From Methanobacteriota archaeon (GTDB lineage: Archaea > Thermoplasmatota > Thermoplasmata > Thermoplasmatales > ARK-15): DNA of 64,000 bases. The stretch spans positions 114,634 to 178,633 of the forward strand of contig WSBC01000004.1 of NCBI GenBank assembly GCA_009758405.1, written 5' to 3'. The notes beneath the pieces are model-generated. The model was not told the DNA's origin and did not search any database. It saw nothing but the letters and a program-made list of their open reading frames with translations. Position numbers and translations under genes: made by a program. Numbering within the stretch: the stretch's first letter is position 1; each line of letters opens with the position of its first letter. This document shows, one piece after another, positions 28,924-37,437 of this stretch.

Positions 28924-30174
28924 TTATGCCCAGCCCCTAATCCTCACTGCATCTGCTACCCTTTTAACCGCCACAATATATGCAGCTGTTCTAGGCTCTA
29001 CCTTATACTTCTCCATTGCATCCATTACGTCCCAGAATGCCTTTGTCATCTTCTGATCAAGCCTCTGATAGACCTCGTCCAGTGTCCAATAGTATCCATT
29101 TATGTTCTGAACCCACTCAAAGTATGAAACTGTCACACCGCCTGCATTTGCGAGGAAATCTGGTATATCTAATATTCCCTTCTTATAAAGTATTTCATCA
29201 GCCTCAGGTGTTGTAGGTCCATTTGCAAGCTCAAGTACAATCTTTGCTTTTATTTTATCTGCATTTTTACCTGTAATCTGATTTTCGAGGGCAGCAGGTA
29301 TAAGCACATCAACCTTGAGCTCAAGAAGCTCCTCATTTGTTATATTCTTTGTTCCAGGGAAGTTTACAACAGATCCTGTCTTCTCCTTGTGTTCAAGAAC
29401 CTTCTCAAAGTCAAGTCCTTTTTCACAATATATGCCACCCTTAGAGTCACTAACTGCAACTACTTTTGCACCGAACATCTCAGTAACAAGTTTGTGTGCA
29501 AATTGTCCTGCGTTTCCATAACCCTGAACTGCAACTGTGGCCTTGCTTAGGTCAAGCTTTATCTTCTTCGCTGCCTCTCTCAAGCAATACATTCCACCTT
29601 TAGCAGTAGCATCTCCCCTTCCAAGGGATCCACCAACTTCAAGTGGCTTACCAGTAATAACACCAGGTGCATTATATCCTACGATTTTTGAATACTCATC
29701 CATCATCCATGCCATTATCTGGGGAGTTGTATAAACATCTGGTGCAGGTATGTCCTTTTCTGGTCCTATAAACCTTCCAATTGCCCTAATATATCCCCTT
29801 GAAAGCCTTTCTATTTCGCCTTCACTCATGGATTTTGGATCACAAATTACTCCTCCCTTTGCTCCTCCATATGGAATATCTACTACAGATGTCTTCCATG
29901 TCATCCAGGCTGCAAGCGCCTTAACTGTATCCAATGTCTCCTGAGGATGGAATCTTATTCCTCCCTTTGTGGGTCCCCTTGCATCATTGTACTGAACCCT
30001 AAAGCCCTTAAATATTTTCACACTTCCATCGTCCATCTTCACAGGTATTGTTACCTCCAATACTCTCATAGGTTCCCTCAAAAATGCATGTAATGCTGGA
30101 TCCAGTTTCATCACTTTTGCTGCCTTGTCAAGCTGTTCTTGCGCTATTTTAAACGGATTTAATTCTTCTGCCAT
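28924..30174 (-). CDS. gdhA: Glutamate dehydrogenase
   Basis: 416 aa; [26 protein letters not shown]. Confidence 0.92.
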   Translation of the reverse strand: MAEELNPFKIAQEQLDKAAKVMKLDPALHAFLREPMRVLEVTIPVKMDDGSVKIFKGFRVQYNDARGPTKGGIRFHPQETLDTVKALAAWMTWKTSVVDIPYGGAKGGVICDPKSMSEGEIERLSRGYIRAIGRFIGPEKDIPAPDVYTTPQIMAWMMDEYSKIVGYNAPGVITGKPLEVGGSLGRGDATAKGGMYCLREAAKKIKLDLSKATVAVQGYGNAGQFAHKLVTEMFGAKVVAVSDSKGGIYCEKGLDFEKVLEHKEKTGSVVNFPGTKNITNEELLELKVDVLIPAALENQITGKNADKIKAKIVLELANGPTTPEADEILYKKGILDIPDFLANAGGVTVSYFEWVQNINGYYWTLDEVYQRLDQKMTKAFWDVMDAMEKYKVEPRTAAYIVAVKRVADAVRIRGWA

Positions 30175-30364
30175 ATTTTATCACCCCAACGGGCGATGGT
30201 ATATAGCATTGAAATATATTAAGTATTGCTTAACATATGCTAGCAATTAGCTTTCAAATTTATCCATTTTCCAGAGTTTGTTTAACAAATATCTTCGTTT
30301 TCTTGAGATAATTTGGAAATTTTTCAGTAAGAATTAAATAATGAATTTTAAATAAGATCCTAAA

Positions 30365-30724
30365 GGCTTTGTAGAAATTTTATCTAGGGATCGTAATTAC
30401 CATCATCTGCTCCCATCTTTTGACTGGATCATTGCTTCACCTAATGGTCCTTTTACTTATTCAAAGTATTAGGTAATAGATTTAAGTGCTAACATTAAAA
30501 AAATATTATTTAAGAAATAAATATAAGGATTTCTATCATAATTAAGGGATTGCAGATGGAATTAATAGAAAAGGTATATTAATTAAAATAAATCCTGGTA
30601 TTTGATTAGCTCGATTAATAGAATCAATTCCAGAAAGAATTTAATTATGAAATTTTTGTTATGCAACACTCACAAAATAAATAAAATAATAAATCATTCT
30701 TTTTAAAAAGGATTTCTACTAGGC
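30365..30724 (+). repeat. Copy 2 (full length, 360 bp) of the TIR-bounded intergenic repeat family
   Basis: Left end GGCTTTGTAGAAAT.., right end ..GGATTTCTACTAGGC (inverted). About 80% identical by eye to the 33645-33998 copy over the whole length; no ORF. Confidence 0.8.
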
Positions 30725-30771
30725 TTTTAATTCAAAAATATTTAATATTAGAGAATCATTTAATTGTTTGT

Positions 30772-31281
30772 ATGGAGATCAAACAGCTCGTGGAGGCGGC
30801 ACTTTTTGCATCTGATGAACCCTTAAAGGTATCTGATATTGCAGGAAACCTGATGATTGAAAAGAAGGCAATATACAAGGCATTGAAGGACCTTAAAAAA
30901 GAGTATGATGAAAGGGGGAGTGCGATGGAGATTGTCAAGATTGGTCAGAGGTACATAATGCAGTTAAGGGAAGGATATAGAGATATTGCAAATAAATTCG
31001 GTAAACCTGAGCTTGACAAGGATGTCCTTAAGACTCTTGCGGTCATAGCTTATTATCAGCCTATAAAACAGAGTATATTAAGAGAATTGATTGGTGAAAA
31101 GGTATACGAGCATGTTGATCTTCTTAAAAAGAAGAGGCTAATTTCCTCTAGAACTCATGGAAAGACAGAGTTATTATCAGTTACAAAAAATTTCAGCGTA
31201 TATTTTGGAATTGATGCTAAGGATCCACAGAGCATAAAAAGGTATCTGGCTGAGAAACTGAACCTTAAGCTGGAGGGATAA
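30772..31281 (+). CDS. scpB: Segregation and condensation protein B
   Basis: 169 aa; LVEAALFASDEPLKVSDIA...TLAVIAYYQPI. Confidence 0.8.
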   Translation: MEIKQLVEAALFASDEPLKVSDIAGNLMIEKKAIYKALKDLKKEYDERGSAMEIVKIGQRYIMQLREGYRDIANKFGKPELDKDVLKTLAVIAYYQPIKQSILRELIGEKVYEHVDLLKKKRLISSRTHGKTELLSVTKNFSVYFGIDAKDPQSIKRYLAEKLNLKLEG

Positions 31282-31283
31282 AT

Positions 31284-32612
31284 TTGAATATTCTTTTAAT
31301 AGGTGGTGGGGGAAGAGAGCATGCGATAGCCGCCGCTATTAAAAAGAGTGGTGGCAATTTATATTCATTTATGGAATTTAGAAACCCTGGAATTGCAAGA
31401 ATATCCGATGATATTTTAATAGCAAATAATTTAAATGAACTTCTTAAATGGAAACATGTAAGGAATGGGAATATTGATTTTGCAATTGTTGGTCCTGAAG
31501 CGCCATTAGAGGCAGGGATTGTCAATTCATTACAGGAAATCGGTATAGCCTGTGCCTCTCCATCCAAAGAGGCAGCACAGATAGAAACCAGCAAAAAGTT
31601 CATGAGGGATCTAATGAAGAAATACAACATTCCAGGATATGTTGAAAGCCATTATTTTTCAGATGAGAATGATCTAATTTCCTTTATGAAGGATTTTGAA
31701 AAGGAATTTGCGGTAAAGCCTGTAGGATTAACAGGAGGGAAGGGGGTTAAGGTTCAAGGCCATCATTTCAGCACAAGGGAGGAGGGTATAAAATATGCCA
31801 GGGAGGTAATAAAGGCAGGGATAGGTGAGGGTAAAGGTGTTTTGATAGAGGAAAAGATGGAGGGGGAGGAGTACACTCTGCAGGCTTTTACAGATGGAAA
31901 AAATCTTATACCAATGCCACTGGTGCAAGATTTCAAGAGAGCTTACGAAAATGATGAGGGACCAAACACAGGCGGTATGGGCTCATACTCTATGGCTGAT
32001 CATTCCCTACCCTTTATAGATTCATCAGCTTTAGAGAAATCTAAAGAAATACTGAAAATGATTATTGAATCTATGGAAAGGGAAGGAATTGAGTATAGGG
32101 GTACTATATATGGCCAGTTCATGCTTACAAAGCATGGACCCAAGGTAATTGAAATAAATGCAAGGTTTGGTGATCCAGAGGCAATGAATGTTCTTTCAAT
32201 TTTTGAGGGCGATTTTCTCAGGATAATAGAGGGAATGGCCTATGGAAACTTATCTTTAAGGTATTCAAAATTTTCAAATCTTGGAACAGTGGTAAAATAC
32301 CTTGTTCCTCCAGGCTATGGATCAAATCCCCATGGTGGGGAAGAGTTCTTCGTTGATGAAGAAGGAATAAGGAATTCAGGAGCAGTATTTTATTATGGCT
32401 CAGTGGATGAAAGGAATGGTAAATTATATACAACACACTCAAGAACCATTGCAATAGTGGGGATTCATGAGGATCTCTATGAGGCCGAGAAAATAGCTGA
32501 AAATTCGATAAGATTTGTTAAGGGAAATCTTTATCACAGAAGTGACATAGGAAAAAGGGAAACAATCTTAAAAAAATTAAAGAAAATGGAGGAAATATTA
32601 AAGGATCCCTAA
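31284..32612 (+). CDS. purD: Phosphoribosylamine-glycine ligase
   Basis: 442 aa, TTG start; ILLIGGGGREHA, ATP-grasp, GPNTGGMGSY, EINARFGDPE. Confidence 0.9.
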   Translation: MNILLIGGGGREHAIAAAIKKSGGNLYSFMEFRNPGIARISDDILIANNLNELLKWKHVRNGNIDFAIVGPEAPLEAGIVNSLQEIGIACASPSKEAAQIETSKKFMRDLMKKYNIPGYVESHYFSDENDLISFMKDFEKEFAVKPVGLTGGKGVKVQGHHFSTREEGIKYAREVIKAGIGEGKGVLIEEKMEGEEYTLQAFTDGKNLIPMPLVQDFKRAYENDEGPNTGGMGSYSMADHSLPFIDSSALEKSKEILKMIIESMEREGIEYRGTIYGQFMLTKHGPKVIEINARFGDPEAMNVLSIFEGDFLRIIEGMAYGNLSLRYSKFSNLGTVVKYLVPPGYGSNPHGGEEFFVDEEGIRNSGAVFYYGSVDERNGKLYTTHSRTIAIVGIHEDLYEAEKIAENSIRFVKGNLYHRSDIGKRETILKKLKKMEEILKDP

Positions 32613-33260
32613 ATATCTTTCAATCTCACTTATTACCTCAAAGGCGGCCACCCATGCTGGAAGTGGTCTTTCAAATATGGATATATTGGAGAATTGGCTC
32701 ACGTTTGTTAAAAAATCGCCTGAGGGAAAACCACCAATAATTATTGCCTCATCATCCTTAAGGATCTCTTTGATTCTTACGCTTTTTCCCTTCTCATTCA
32801 GTACAAATATGGAGGAGGGGGAGATATTCTTTATAAGTGTAAAAATATCCATCTCAACAATTTTTAATAAGGGCTTTTCTGCACTAGGAACATACCTGTT
32901 ATGAAAAAGATCTTCAATTAGTCCTATGAATCTATTATAACTTTTTGGAATTTTTACAGATGGATCTACGAATATAACTTGATTCTTTCTCGTATGAACA
33001 TAAACCCTTAGTTTACCTGATATATTCAAAGGAGATTCCAGGCAATTTAGAAGGAAATAATGAACTATATCTGGTCTTCCCCTTCTGTTCTCATCCCCTG
33101 GAAAATATTTTGAAATGGCAGAGTGATGAAAATTTGAATCAAGCACCATGGCCCCTGGCCTTTTTCCTCTCCTTCTAGCCTGCTTTGAAACCGAGGGATG
33201 GCTCCAGAGTTCCTGTGGTACTGTCTCAAGCTCGGAATCTGCAAGTATTAAATGAAACAT
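32598..33260 (-). CDS. nep1: Ribosomal RNA small subunit methyltransferase Nep1 (Emg1)
   Basis: 220 aa; LILADSELETVP, RGRPDIVHYFLL; converges on purD with 15-nt overlap. Confidence 0.85.
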   Translation of the reverse strand: MFHLILADSELETVPQELWSHPSVSKQARRRGKRPGAMVLDSNFHHSAISKYFPGDENRRGRPDIVHYFLLNCLESPLNISGKLRVYVHTRKNQVIFVDPSVKIPKSYNRFIGLIEDLFHNRYVPSAEKPLLKIVEMDIFTLIKNISPSSIFVLNEKGKSVRIKEILKDDEAIIIGGFPSGDFLTNVSQFSNISIFERPLPAWVAAFEVISEIERYLGIL

Positions 33261-33262
33261 AT

Positions 33263-33556
33263 TCAGCCAAATATGGATCCCATACCTTCGAGGGAACTTT
33301 CATCCTGGGCCTTAAATTTTTTGTAAATTTCTTCCATTTCATTTTTTGGTAATATTTCACCGAACTTACCTGCTATTTCCTTTGCCCTATTTATACCTTC
33401 ATCACTACCTTCAACAAGTATGTATATACTATCATCCTTAAGATCTAGCGAAATTCCTTCCCTTTTTATTATACTCTGTCTAGAAACTATATCGTCCCTG
33501 TAAAGTTCATCAATTTCTGATGATTTCTTTTTATCCACCTTAATTATAATGTACAT
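33263..33556 (-). CDS. Hypothetical 97-aa protein with acidic/hydrophobic C-terminal tail ...AQDESSLEGMGSIFG
   Basis: Stop is 2 nt upstream of the nep1 start (same strand). Alpha/beta N-part; the tail resembles the ribosomal stalk P1 C-terminus; no family recognised. Confidence 0.55.
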   Translation of the reverse strand: MYIIIKVDKKKSSEIDELYRDDIVSRQSIIKREGISLDLKDDSIYILVEGSDEGINRAKEIAGKFGEILPKNEMEEIYKKFKAQDESSLEGMGSIFG

Positions 33557-33644
33557 AGTTAGGCAAAATTATCAGAGATTATTAATCTTTTTATGTATCC
33601 TGAGGAGATAATTAACAAGAAATAATTTTCATATTAGATTTTTT

Positions 33645-33998
33645 GGCTTTGTAGAAATCCTATCTATGGTTCCTACTTATCATCATCTGCTCCCCATCTT
33701 TTGGCTGGATCATCGCTTCACTTAATGGTCCTTTTATCCCTACATTGAACTAGGTAATGGATTTAAGTGCAAGCATTACAAAAATATTATTTAAGACATA
33801 AATATAATGATCTTTATTAAAATTAAAATATTATATATTAAATTAATAAAAAAGTACACTAATTAAAATAAATCTTGGTATTTGATTAGCTCGATTAATT
33901 GGATCAATTTTAGAAAGAATTTAATTATGAAATTTTTGGACACTATAGATAAATAAAAAATATAATAAATCATTTTTTAAAAAGGATTTCTACTAGGC
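33645..33998 (+). repeat. Copy 3 (full length, 354 bp) of the TIR-bounded intergenic repeat family, flanked by AGATTTTTT on both sides
   Basis: GGCTTTGTAGAAATCC...GGATTTCTACTAGGC; identical 9-mers at 33636-33644 and 33999-34007. Confidence 0.8.
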
Positions 33999-34032
33999 AG
34001 ATTTTTTAAAAAATTAAAATAATTTATAAGGC

Positions 34033-34281
34033 TTAATACATTGTCAGGTTGTATTTTTCCTTTAATTTTATGAAATCTTCCCTAGTACGAACATTAAGTA
34101 TTTCACTTATTTCCTTCATAATATTAGTTATTTCCTTATCCCAAACCTCCCTGGCAAGTACTAGCCTTTTCTCTTCATCGTCAAAATATATATCTTCACC
34201 GTATTCTTTGAAGCATCTAAGGGCCTCTGCTGCTCCCTCTTCATTCCTTTCATTTTCAAAATGTTCTATACATTCCTTCAC
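34033..34281 (-). CDS. Hypothetical protein (82 aa), last gene of the nuo transcription unit
   Basis: MKECIEHFENERNEEGAAEALRCFKEYGEDIYFDDEEKRLV...; 4-nt overlap with the upstream ORF. Confidence 0.45.
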   Translation of the reverse strand: MKECIEHFENERNEEGAAEALRCFKEYGEDIYFDDEEKRLVLAREVWDKEITNIMKEISEILNVRTREDFIKLKEKYNLTMY

Positions 34282-34640
34282 AGGTCATCACACCTCTGCA
34301 TATTATAGTATGGATATTTTATATCATACCTGTTTATTGCATATTCCAGCCTGTGTATATAACCATTAACAGATTTATTTACATCTCCAGTGTATTCCCT
34401 GTCAAGCATAAATATTTCGGGATAATCCTTTGATAATGCAATTAGTCTTTCCTTTGCCTCCTTGATTGTTATCCTTTGCTCGAGTGCATCCATATGTATT
34501 CTTGCAAAGATATAAATACCTTCCCTGAGTCTATTTCCTCTTAATTTTGAAAGCTTTTCCAGCGCTCTATAACTCTCATTTATCTCCCCATAAATCAAGG
34601 TGGTATTTAAAAGGGAGATATATAGCCTTTCAGTTATCAT
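34278..34640 (-). CDS. Hypothetical helical protein (~120 aa) translationally coupled to nuoN
   Basis: ATG at 34640 forms an ATGA overlap with the nuoN stop (the track start at 34655 is an extension). MITERLYISLLNTTLIYGEINESYRALEKL... Confidence 0.45.
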   Translation of the reverse strand: MITERLYISLLNTTLIYGEINESYRALEKLSKLRGNRLREGIYIFARIHMDALEQRITIKEAKERLIALSKDYPEIFMLDREYTGDVNKSVNGYIHRLEYAINRYDIKYPYYNMQRCDDL

Positions 34641-36028
34641 GGCAAACCACCCCATAAATTATAAAGGGAATTGAAAATAATTGGAATTACTATGCCAACA
34701 GCGAGTGTAAGGATTGCAAGAGAAAATACTGCATAGTCTATATGCCTATTTTTTTCAACTTCCACATTAGATTCTTTCCAATAAAGGTACATCACTACCC
34801 TGAAATAGTAATAGACTGATATGGCCGAGTTCAAAACTGCTATAATGGCCAGCCACCATAGTCCCCCTTCTATCAGGCTGAGGAAAAGGAAGTATTTTCC
34901 CATAAAACCAAGAGTAGGTGGTATCCCTGCAAGTGAAAAGAGTAAAACAGTGAATGAGAATGCAAGAAGTGGCCTTTTCTTTCCAAGCCCTGCGATATCA
35001 TTAAGTGTGGTTCCCTTTTCCTCAAGGTTTTCCATTGTAATGAAGGATCCTCCCTTCATCAATATATATGCAATTGAAAATACTAGTATTGCAGCAAGGG
35101 CGAGCGAAAGAGCATTTTCACCTGTAAGAGTAAAAATAAGGGAGAGGTAACCTGCATTAGCAACACTGCTGTAGGCGAGCATTCTCTTTACATCCTTCTG
35201 AACAAGTGCTGTTACATTGCCATATGTCATTGTTAATATAGATATAATTATAAAGAAAATCTGCACATAGTTTGAGAATGAGATGTCAAATGTAAATAAG
35301 AATATTCTTATCATTATTGCAAATGCCATCAGTTTACTTGATGTTGATAATAGGGCCGAAACTGGGGATCTTGCACCGTTATAGGTATCTATGGCCCAGC
35401 TATGGAACGGGAATAATGAGAGCTTGAAACCGAATCCCACCAAAAGGAATATTAAAGAAAGTATATATGTACTTGAATTCGATGTAAGCCCTAAAGAGAA
35501 TGAATTTGTTGAAATATAGTAGAATGATATACCAAAAATTATCATTGCAGATGAAAGTGCACCTATTACAAAGAATTTCATAGAAGCCTCAAGTGATTTT
35601 CTTGATTTTGGATATGCTGCAAGAATGTATGTGGCTATGCTTGATGCCTCAAACGTGACAAAGATTGAGATTAGGTTATTTGAGAATACCGCTAATACCA
35701 TGCTACCTGTGGAGAATAGTAGTATTGAGTAGAAGATCTCTGAATGTGAAAAATTAAACCTGTATGTGGCTATGGAGATTATTACCATTAAAAATACGAA
35801 CAGTAATGATAATATAGTACCAGCAGTATCAAAGGTGAATATGTCAAAGTATTTGTAATTTGCCCCATAATTTAAAAGGAGTAGAATGAATGATATTATG
35901 CCTGAAGCTATTGAGAACAATGAAAATATCCTGTTGTTTGATGTTATAAATGACCAGAATAAAATAACTATGCCAAATGCAAAAAGTACGAATGAGGGAA
36001 GAAGATATTGGATTATTATTTCCATCAT
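34637..36028 (-). CDS. nuoN: NADH-quinone oxidoreductase subunit N (antiporter-like)
   Basis: 463 aa, ~14 TM; position after nuoM; 1-nt overlap with the nuoM stop. Confidence 0.8.
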   Translation of the reverse strand: MMEIIIQYLLPSFVLFAFGIVILFWSFITSNNRIFSLFSIASGIISFILLLLNYGANYKYFDIFTFDTAGTILSLLFVFLMVIISIATYRFNFSHSEIFYSILLFSTGSMVLAVFSNNLISIFVTFEASSIATYILAAYPKSRKSLEASMKFFVIGALSSAMIIFGISFYYISTNSFSLGLTSNSSTYILSLIFLLVGFGFKLSLFPFHSWAIDTYNGARSPVSALLSTSSKLMAFAIMIRIFLFTFDISFSNYVQIFFIIISILTMTYGNVTALVQKDVKRMLAYSSVANAGYLSLIFTLTGENALSLALAAILVFSIAYILMKGGSFITMENLEEKGTTLNDIAGLGKKRPLLAFSFTVLLFSLAGIPPTLGFMGKYFLFLSLIEGGLWWLAIIAVLNSAISVYYYFRVVMYLYWKESNVEVEKNRHIDYAVFSLAILTLAVGIVIPIIFNSLYNLWGGLP

Positions 36029-37437
36029 TAAACACCTCCCATGTAGGCCTGAAACATATGGTATATTGGATATGGATATATACCAAACAGTAAAACAAGT
36101 AGAAAGAGAATTAGCACAGGCCAGAATTCCCTTGGAATCATATCTCCAATTTTTCCTAGGTAGTTATTGTATGGGCCAAATATTGTTCTCTGAAGTGCCC
36201 ATATATGGTAACTTGCAGATAAGACTAGACCAAATACTATGAGGAATGAAACGTATGTTATTGCCTGCCAAGAACCTACAACAACTGAGAATTCAGCAAT
36301 GAAACCTGCCAGTCCCGGTAGTCCAAGTGATGCAAGAAATCCACCTGTCATTAAGAATGCAAGATTAGGCATCATTTTTGTAAGTCCACCTAGATCCCTA
36401 ATTGCCCTTGTACCCGTGGACCTCTCTATTGAGCCAACTGTGCCGAAAAGGATTGGTATAATAAGTCCATGTGCAAACATCATAAACATACCACCAACAA
36501 GTGCTAACTCTGAAGAGGAAATAAGATAAACACCTGCTGCAATAGATATAAAGCCCATATGACCGATACTTGCGTATGCTACCATTCTTTTTAAATCCTT
36601 TTGGGCAAGTGCTGAAAATGATGCATATATAAGTGAAATTATACCTAATGATAGTATAAGCCATCCCACTGAGGAATCTTTAAAATTAATAAAAATTGCA
36701 AAAATTCCGTAAGCACCCATCTTTGAAAGGAGGCCTGAGAATATCATTGATGATGTTGTTGGAGATTCTACGTAAACATCTGGGGCCCATGTATGAAGGG
36801 GAAATGTGGGCAATTTTATAAAGAAGGCAAGGAAAAATCCTGTTAAAACAAGATAGTAGAGTGCCCCTGAAGGCATTGCACTAAATATTTGGTTGTAATC
36901 AAAGTTGAACGTTCCATTTAGGCTATAATAGTTAAATGCTAGTACAAAGATTGATACAAGCATAATTACCGAGCCAACGTGGGTATAAATAAGAAACTTA
37001 AGTGCCGTGTAATCCTTTCTTGGACCACCCCATCTTCCTATCATAAAGTATGATGGAATTAGCACAAGTTCCCAGAATATGTAAAAGAGGAAAAGGTTCT
37101 GACTCATAAATACGCCGAAGAGTGAGAATTGTAAGAAGAAGATATAGGAAAAATAGGAGCTTTCAATCTTTGGATCCTGGTAGAATATGGCTGCAAAAAC
37201 AACTATTGTAACCAAAAGTATCAAGGGATAGGAAAGGTAATTTAGACCTACATCAAATCCTATTCCAAAGAATTTATCTGTGGTAAAATTGGTATTTATA
37301 AATTCATAGAAAAGTAAAACTGTTAAAAGCATAATTGAAGAAAATACAAGGGAAAGGATTTTTGAATATCTTCCAGAGACTAATGTAAAGATTGAAAATA
37401 GTATGGGAAGGACCAAAAGTAAAAGAAGATAATCCAT
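36028..37437 (-). CDS. nuoM: NADH-quinone oxidoreductase subunit M (antiporter-like)
   Basis: 469 aa; FYIFWELVLIP, PLHTWAPDVYVESPT. Confidence 0.85.
   Translation of the reverse strand: MDYLLLLLVLPILFSIFTLVSGRYSKILSLVFSSIMLLTVLLFYEFINTNFTTDKFFGIGFDVGLNYLSYPLILLVTIVVFAAIFYQDPKIESSYFSYIFFLQFSLFGVFMSQNLFLFYIFWELVLIPSYFMIGRWGGPRKDYTALKFLIYTHVGSVIMLVSIFVLAFNYYSLNGTFNFDYNQIFSAMPSGALYYLVLTGFFLAFFIKLPTFPLHTWAPDVYVESPTTSSMIFSGLLSKMGAYGIFAIFINFKDSSVGWLILSLGIISLIYASFSALAQKDLKRMVAYASIGHMGFISIAAGVYLISSSELALVGGMFMMFAHGLIIPILFGTVGSIERSTGTRAIRDLGGLTKMMPNLAFLMTGGFLASLGLPGLAGFIAEFSVVVGSWQAITYVSFLIVFGLVLSASYHIWALQRTIFGPYNNYLGKIGDMIPREFWPVLILFLLVLLFGIYPYPIYHMFQAYMGGV

Noticed and set aside
15876-33998. The AT-rich ~350-bp segments bounded by inverted GTAGAAATCC motifs could be replication origins (ORB-like repeats flanking a DUE).
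   Set aside because: There are four near-identical copies within 64 kb, and none is next to an orc1/cdc6 gene. The inverted motif does not match ORB or mini-ORB consensus as I recall it. A dispersed repeat family is the simpler reading.
6488-33998. CRISPR array or CRISPR leader.
   Set aside because: The repeats are ~350 bp and lie kilobases apart, not 24-40 bp units with regular ~35-bp spacers. No cas genes are in the window.
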